Source: Alphaproteobacteria bacterium
Lineage (GTDB): Bacteria > Pseudomonadota > Alphaproteobacteria > SP197
Assembly: GCA_964291415.2 (NCBI GenBank)
Contig: OZ219920.1
Location: forward strand, 1,024,001 to 1,088,000
Length of the DNA: 64,000 nucleotides
Reading direction: 5' to 3'
The notes below the pieces were generated by a model, which saw only the letters and a list, made by a program, of their open reading frames with translations, was not told the DNA's origin and searched no databases. Below are positions 60,398-64,000 of this stretch, in pieces (the first letter of the stretch is position 1; every line of letters starts with the position of its first letter). The position numbers were made by a program, and so were the translations under genes.

Positions 60398-61494
60398 GCT
60401 GGCGCTGCCGAAGCACGAGCGGACGGGCGCGCACCGGTGTCCTGTCGACCGCACACGGAGACGTGCAGACACCGGTGTTCATGCCGGTGGGGACGGCTGC
60501 AACCGTCAAGGGTCTGATGACCTCTCATCTGCAGGAAGCCGGCGTTTCCATGCTCCTTGGCAACACCTATCACCTCATGTTGCGTCCGGGGGCCGGAAGA
60601 ATCCGGGACCTGGGCGGGCTGAGGCGGTTCATGAACTGGCCGGGACCCGTTCTGACCGACAGCGGCGGCTTCCAGATCTTCTCGCTCAAGGGCCTGAGCA
60701 AGGTCACGGAAGAGGGAGCCGTCTTCCGCAGCCATGTTGACGGCAGTCGCCACGAACTCACGCCGGAAGGCTCGGTGGAGATTCAGGAGTGTCTCGATTC
60801 CACCGTCACCATGGTTCTCGACGAGTGCACCGAACATCCGGCCACGCACGAAAGGGCGCTGCAGTCCATGGAACGCTCCATGCGCTGGGCCGAGCGCTGC
60901 AGGACCGCCTTCCGTCCCCGCGAAGGCTACGGCCTCTTCGGGATCGTGCAGGGCGGCGTTCATGATGATCTGCGGCTTGCCAGCGCCCGCGCACTGCGGT
61001 CAATCGGATTCGAGGGTTATGCCGTCGGCGGCCTGGCGGTGGGAGAAGGACAGCAGGAGATGTTCCGTGTCCTCGACCATCTGGTGGAGCATCTGCCGGC
61101 GGACAGGCCGCGCTATCTCATGGGCGTGGGCCGCCCGGACGACATCGTCGGCGCGGTGGCCCGCGGTATCGACATGTTCGACTGTGTGCTCCCCAGCCGC
61201 TCCGGAAGAACCGGCCAGGCCTTCCTCAGGGATGGAACGCTCAACATCCGGAATGCCCGCCATCGCGATGACCCGCAGCCGCTTGATCCTGACTGCCGCT
61301 GTCCGGCCTGCCGGAACCACTCGAGGGCCTACCTGCACCACCTGTTCCGTTGCGGCGAGATGCTGGGTCCGATCCTCCTGTCGCTCCACAACATCACCCG
61401 CTATCAGGATCTCATGAACGAGATCCGCCAGGCCATCGAGGACGGCACCTTCGATCGCCTGGCCGCCGGCGCCCGCTCTCAAGGCCTGTCGTAA
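60391..61494 (+). CDS. tgt: Queuine tRNA-ribosyltransferase
   Basis: [40 protein letters not shown], Zn motif C.CP.C. Confidence 0.96.
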   Translation: MLSWRCRSTSGRARTGVLSTAHGDVQTPVFMPVGTAATVKGLMTSHLQEAGVSMLLGNTYHLMLRPGAGRIRDLGGLRRFMNWPGPVLTDSGGFQIFSLKGLSKVTEEGAVFRSHVDGSRHELTPEGSVEIQECLDSTVTMVLDECTEHPATHERALQSMERSMRWAERCRTAFRPREGYGLFGIVQGGVHDDLRLASARALRSIGFEGYAVGGLAVGEGQQEMFRVLDHLVEHLPADRPRYLMGVGRPDDIVGAVARGIDMFDCVLPSRSGRTGQAFLRDGTLNIRNARHRDDPQPLDPDCRCPACRNHSRAYLHHLFRCGEMLGPILLSLHNITRYQDLMNEIRQAIEDGTFDRLAAGARSQGLS

Positions 61495-62360
61495 CCGGGA
61501 CGGGCAAAGGCCGCCTCATCGTCGTCTGTCGCGCCATAGCTGGAGAAGAGCCGGTAGCCCAGGAGGGTGCGCATTGTGTCATCCAGCGTCGCGTGATTGT
61601 CGGGGCTGACGGCGAGCGTGTGATTCTGCAACTGCCGGAACTGGGGGCCACAGTATGTGATGGAGACACCGATGCGGCTGGATTGCGTGGTGTTGCTGCC
61701 CGAGCCATGCCATGTACGGGCATCCCACATCACCACACCGCCAGCCGGGATTTCCGCATGAACAGTAGCATAGGTCTGGCGGGGGTCCGGCTCGGCGCCG
61801 GAAAGATGGCTGCCGGGAACCAGGCGGGTGCATCCGTTGGCGCGCGTGAAGTCGCTGATGGCCCACATGACGTTGATGACGACGGCGGGATTGATCGGAT
61901 GTGCGGCGGGCGAGGGAGGTCCGTGGCGGGCCGAGGCACGCGTGATGTCTCCCGGCCGGTTCGGCGGTTCCCCCGCATGCATGGCGCGGGGAAGCCACCA
62001 CTGATCGGTATGAAGATCCATCTCCTCGTTGCCGGGGTGGATAATGTGGCCGGTATAGCCTGACAGCATGATTCGCTGGCCGAGCAGGTGACGCGCCATG
62101 GCAAGGGCGAGAGGGTGACGGACCATGTCGTCCAGACCACACTCACCGGCGATGAGAACCACCCACTCGTCACCGGCGCGCAACCACTCATTGGCATCCG
62201 CCGAGCGCTGCTTCTTGCGACGTGATGCGCGCTCCACTTCCCCGACGGCCGTTTCAAGCTGAACCCCGTCGAGCACTCCTTCGGCCATGCAGAAGCCGAA
62301 GCGCTCAAGGTCCAGGCGCATTCCCTGTGTATCGTCCGGCTTGCGAAGCGTGCTCGTCAT
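61479..62360 (-). CDS. PhyH-family Fe(II)/2-oxoglutarate dioxygenase
   Basis: LHTDQ (HxD), [23 protein letters not shown]; converges on and overlaps the 3' end of tgt. Confidence 0.88.
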   Translation of the reverse strand: MTSTLRKPDDTQGMRLDLERFGFCMAEGVLDGVQLETAVGEVERASRRKKQRSADANEWLRAGDEWVVLIAGECGLDDMVRHPLALAMARHLLGQRIMLSGYTGHIIHPGNEEMDLHTDQWWLPRAMHAGEPPNRPGDITRASARHGPPSPAAHPINPAVVINVMWAISDFTRANGCTRLVPGSHLSGAEPDPRQTYATVHAEIPAGGVVMWDARTWHGSGSNTTQSSRIGVSITYCGPQFRQLQNHTLAVSPDNHATLDDTMRTLLGYRLFSSYGATDDDEAAFARPGYDRP

Positions 62361-62415
62361 GTGCCGAGCATCACGCAATTTTCCCACGGGAACAACAGGC
62401 GACGGCGGGCGATCC

Positions 62416-62444
62416 TTGACCGGGACCACGGCAGTCACTAGGTT
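62416..62444 (+). promoter_or_regulatory. Putative sigma70 promoter of tRNA-Lys
   Basis: TTGACC-N17-TAGGTT followed by a GC-rich discriminator. Confidence 0.55.
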
Positions 62445-62480
62445 GCGCGCTGCCCGTTCCCCCAGTTTTGGTTTCCGCGA

Positions 62481-62556
62481 GAGCCCGTAGCTCAGCTGGT
62501 AGAGCATCTGACTTTTAATCAGGCGGTCGAAGGTTCGAATCCTTCCGGGCTCACCA
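62481..62556 (+). tRNA. tRNA-Lys (anticodon UUU)
   Basis: Acceptor stem GAGCCCG/CGGGCTC, D-arm TAGCTCAGCTGGTAGAGC, anticodon loop CTTTTAA, T-loop GGTTCGAATCC, encoded CCA; 76 nt. Confidence 0.97.
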
Positions 62557-62788
62557 TCTACGAGGTGGTGTGACCTCGGGCGATGGTGCGCCGGAAAAGG
62601 CCTTGCGTCGCTGGTCCAAGAGCGTCCCGGATGCGGGCTGCATCGTTATGCCACTCGTCATTCCAGGCCGCGACCTCCCCGCCGGGTCGAGGCCGGTGAA
62701 GGCGGCACAGCGTCAATGGTGGTCGCCTCCGCATTTCTCTTGTTGTTGCTCAGCCTTGAGCAACGAACACCACTGTTCGGACTGATGA

Positions 62789-62812
62789 CTCCTGTCACAA
62801 CGGTGACAGGAG
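62789..62812. promoter_or_regulatory. Perfect inverted repeat CTCCTGTCAC-AACG-GTGACAGGAG, candidate WYL-regulator operator
   Basis: 10-bp perfect arms about 55 nt upstream of the RidA start, with an HTH-WYL gene next downstream. Confidence 0.65.
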
Positions 62813-62866
62813 GGCTGTGTTCCAATGGCGTTTCCCAAAGGAAACGTCACTGAGGAGGTGCAAACA

Positions 62867-63262
62867 GTGAAGAGAGCAGCCGTCAACCCCTGGTCGTGGT
62901 CGCAGAACCTTGGCTACAATCAGGCCGAATTGCTCACCGGAGCCAACAGGTACCTGGTCTGTGCAGGTCAGACTTCTGTCGACGCTTGCGGCAATCCGCA
63001 ACACCCGGGAAACATGCGTCGTCAGATCGCTCTTGCCATCGACAATCTTGAAGCCGTCTTGAAGGCTGCCGACATGGGTCTTGCCAACGTCGTCAGGCTG
63101 AACATCTACACCACCGACGTCGACGAAACCCTGAAACACTTTGATGTTCTGGGCGCGCGATTGAGGCCCCTTGGTGCAACTCCTCCGATGACCCTCCTCG
63201 GTGTTTCGCGGCTTGCCATGCCGGCGTTGATGTTTGAAGTCGAGGCCGCGGCCGCCGACTGA
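62867..63262 (+). CDS. RidA/YjgF/YER057c family protein
   Basis: GYNQA, CAGQT, VVRLNIYTTD, TLLGV.RLA.P..M.EVEA; RBS GAGGAGG before GTG. Confidence 0.88.
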   Translation: MKRAAVNPWSWSQNLGYNQAELLTGANRYLVCAGQTSVDACGNPQHPGNMRRQIALAIDNLEAVLKAADMGLANVVRLNIYTTDVDETLKHFDVLGARLRPLGATPPMTLLGVSRLAMPALMFEVEAAAAD

Positions 63263-63437
63263 ACGGAACAGCGACAGGTGCGGAAGCCTTCTGGTTTTCT
63301 TCCTTGAATGCTCCGATTGTCACAGCCGGTTTGGCGCGACTTTCGCACTCGGACTCTCGCCGATTGCATCGCCCGGACTTTGGTTGAGAATGGTTGTGTC
63401 CGGGAATCTCGCGAAGTCCAAGTCATGTGAGAAGCCG

Positions 63438-64000
63438 ATGAGGCGTGCGAAAGGCTGTTCAGGCTGGTCAACGAGATGCGCACCCGCAACGTCAGCCGGG
63501 CTTGCGAGTTGGCGGAACATCTGGAGGTCAGCGTCAGCACGATTTACCGCGACATTGCCCACCTCCAGGCATCCGGCATGCCGATTGAAGGCGAGGCCGG
63601 TGTTGGCTATCTGCTGCGACCGGGCTTCGACCTGCCCAACGTGACATTCACCCATGACCAGGTCGATGCGCTTGCCATCGGACTGTCATTCGTGGAAGAC
63701 ACCGGCGATCCGATCCTGGCGACGGCGGCCGGCGAAGCAAGGGCAAAGGTGCAGGCAGCCATGCCCCGACCAACGGAACGCAAGCTCGCTGATACTCCGT
63801 ATTTCAGTCTTCAGTCAGAAAGAGGACGACGCCCTATGTGTCGTCGATCCGTCAGGCAGTTCGTCGGCGACAGATTGCGCAGTTCGATTATCAGGACGGT
63901 GATGGAAGCCGGACAGTGCGTCGAGTGCGCCCTCTCGTGATCTGGAATGTGATCGATGACTGGATGTTCTCCGCCTGGTGCGAGCTCCGTCAGGATTTCC
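63438..64000 (+). CDS. YafY-like HTH-WYL transcriptional regulator, two apparent frameshifts, truncated by the window end
   Basis: MRRA[E]RLFRLVNEMR; HTH LAEHLEVSVSTIYRDIAHL; PIEGEAGVGY; WYL domain in a shifted frame: IRQAVRRRQIAQFDYQDGDGSRTVRRVRPL...AWCELRQDF. Confidence 0.85.

Noticed and set aside
62655-62705. Degenerate CGTCATTCC-type REP-like hairpin after tRNA-Lys
   Set aside because: Single imperfect copy in the window; cannot support a repeat family.
1-64000. CRISPR arrays, IS elements, integrases, prophage, rRNA
   Set aside because: No regularly spaced repeats, transposase/integrase/phage motifs or rRNA-like sequence were recognised by manual reading.

Overview
GC-rich bacterial chromosome segment, almost certainly an Alphaproteobacterium, judged from protein sequences and synteny (xth-erpA-dgt-argS-SPOR-nagZ-scpAB-tatABC-serS-pcm-nlpD-yajC-secDF, and uvrA-ssb-gyrA-coaD-queA-tgt-tRNA-Lys). 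From about 24 kb onward it is mostly core genome with single-gene insertions. The first 24 kb is accessory and holds four things. (1) An apparent in-frame tandem acyl-CoA dehydrogenase fusion. (2) A decaying erythritol-type (eryD/eryA) operon facing a class II aldolase. (3) A methylated-amine/onium catabolic neighbourhood: both N,N-dimethylformamidase-like subunits bracketed by an intact mttB-family gene and a decayed copy of its 3' end, two tandem DddP-like M24 enzymes and a DMT transporter. (4) A tightly coupled five-gene signalling operon: STAS, REC-PP2C, RsbW-like kinase, periplasmic binding protein and TorS/PgtB-type histidine kinase. This operon has no DNA-binding output and is the best candidate for an undescribed system. 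The window ends after tRNA-Lys with a RidA gene under a perfect palindrome and a frameshifted HTH-WYL regulator. Three single-base frameshifts (argS once, WYL twice) can each be repaired by one extra G, which suggests sequencing error. No CRISPR array, rRNA, transposase, integrase or prophage gene was seen. All assignments come from manual motif recognition, not database searches.
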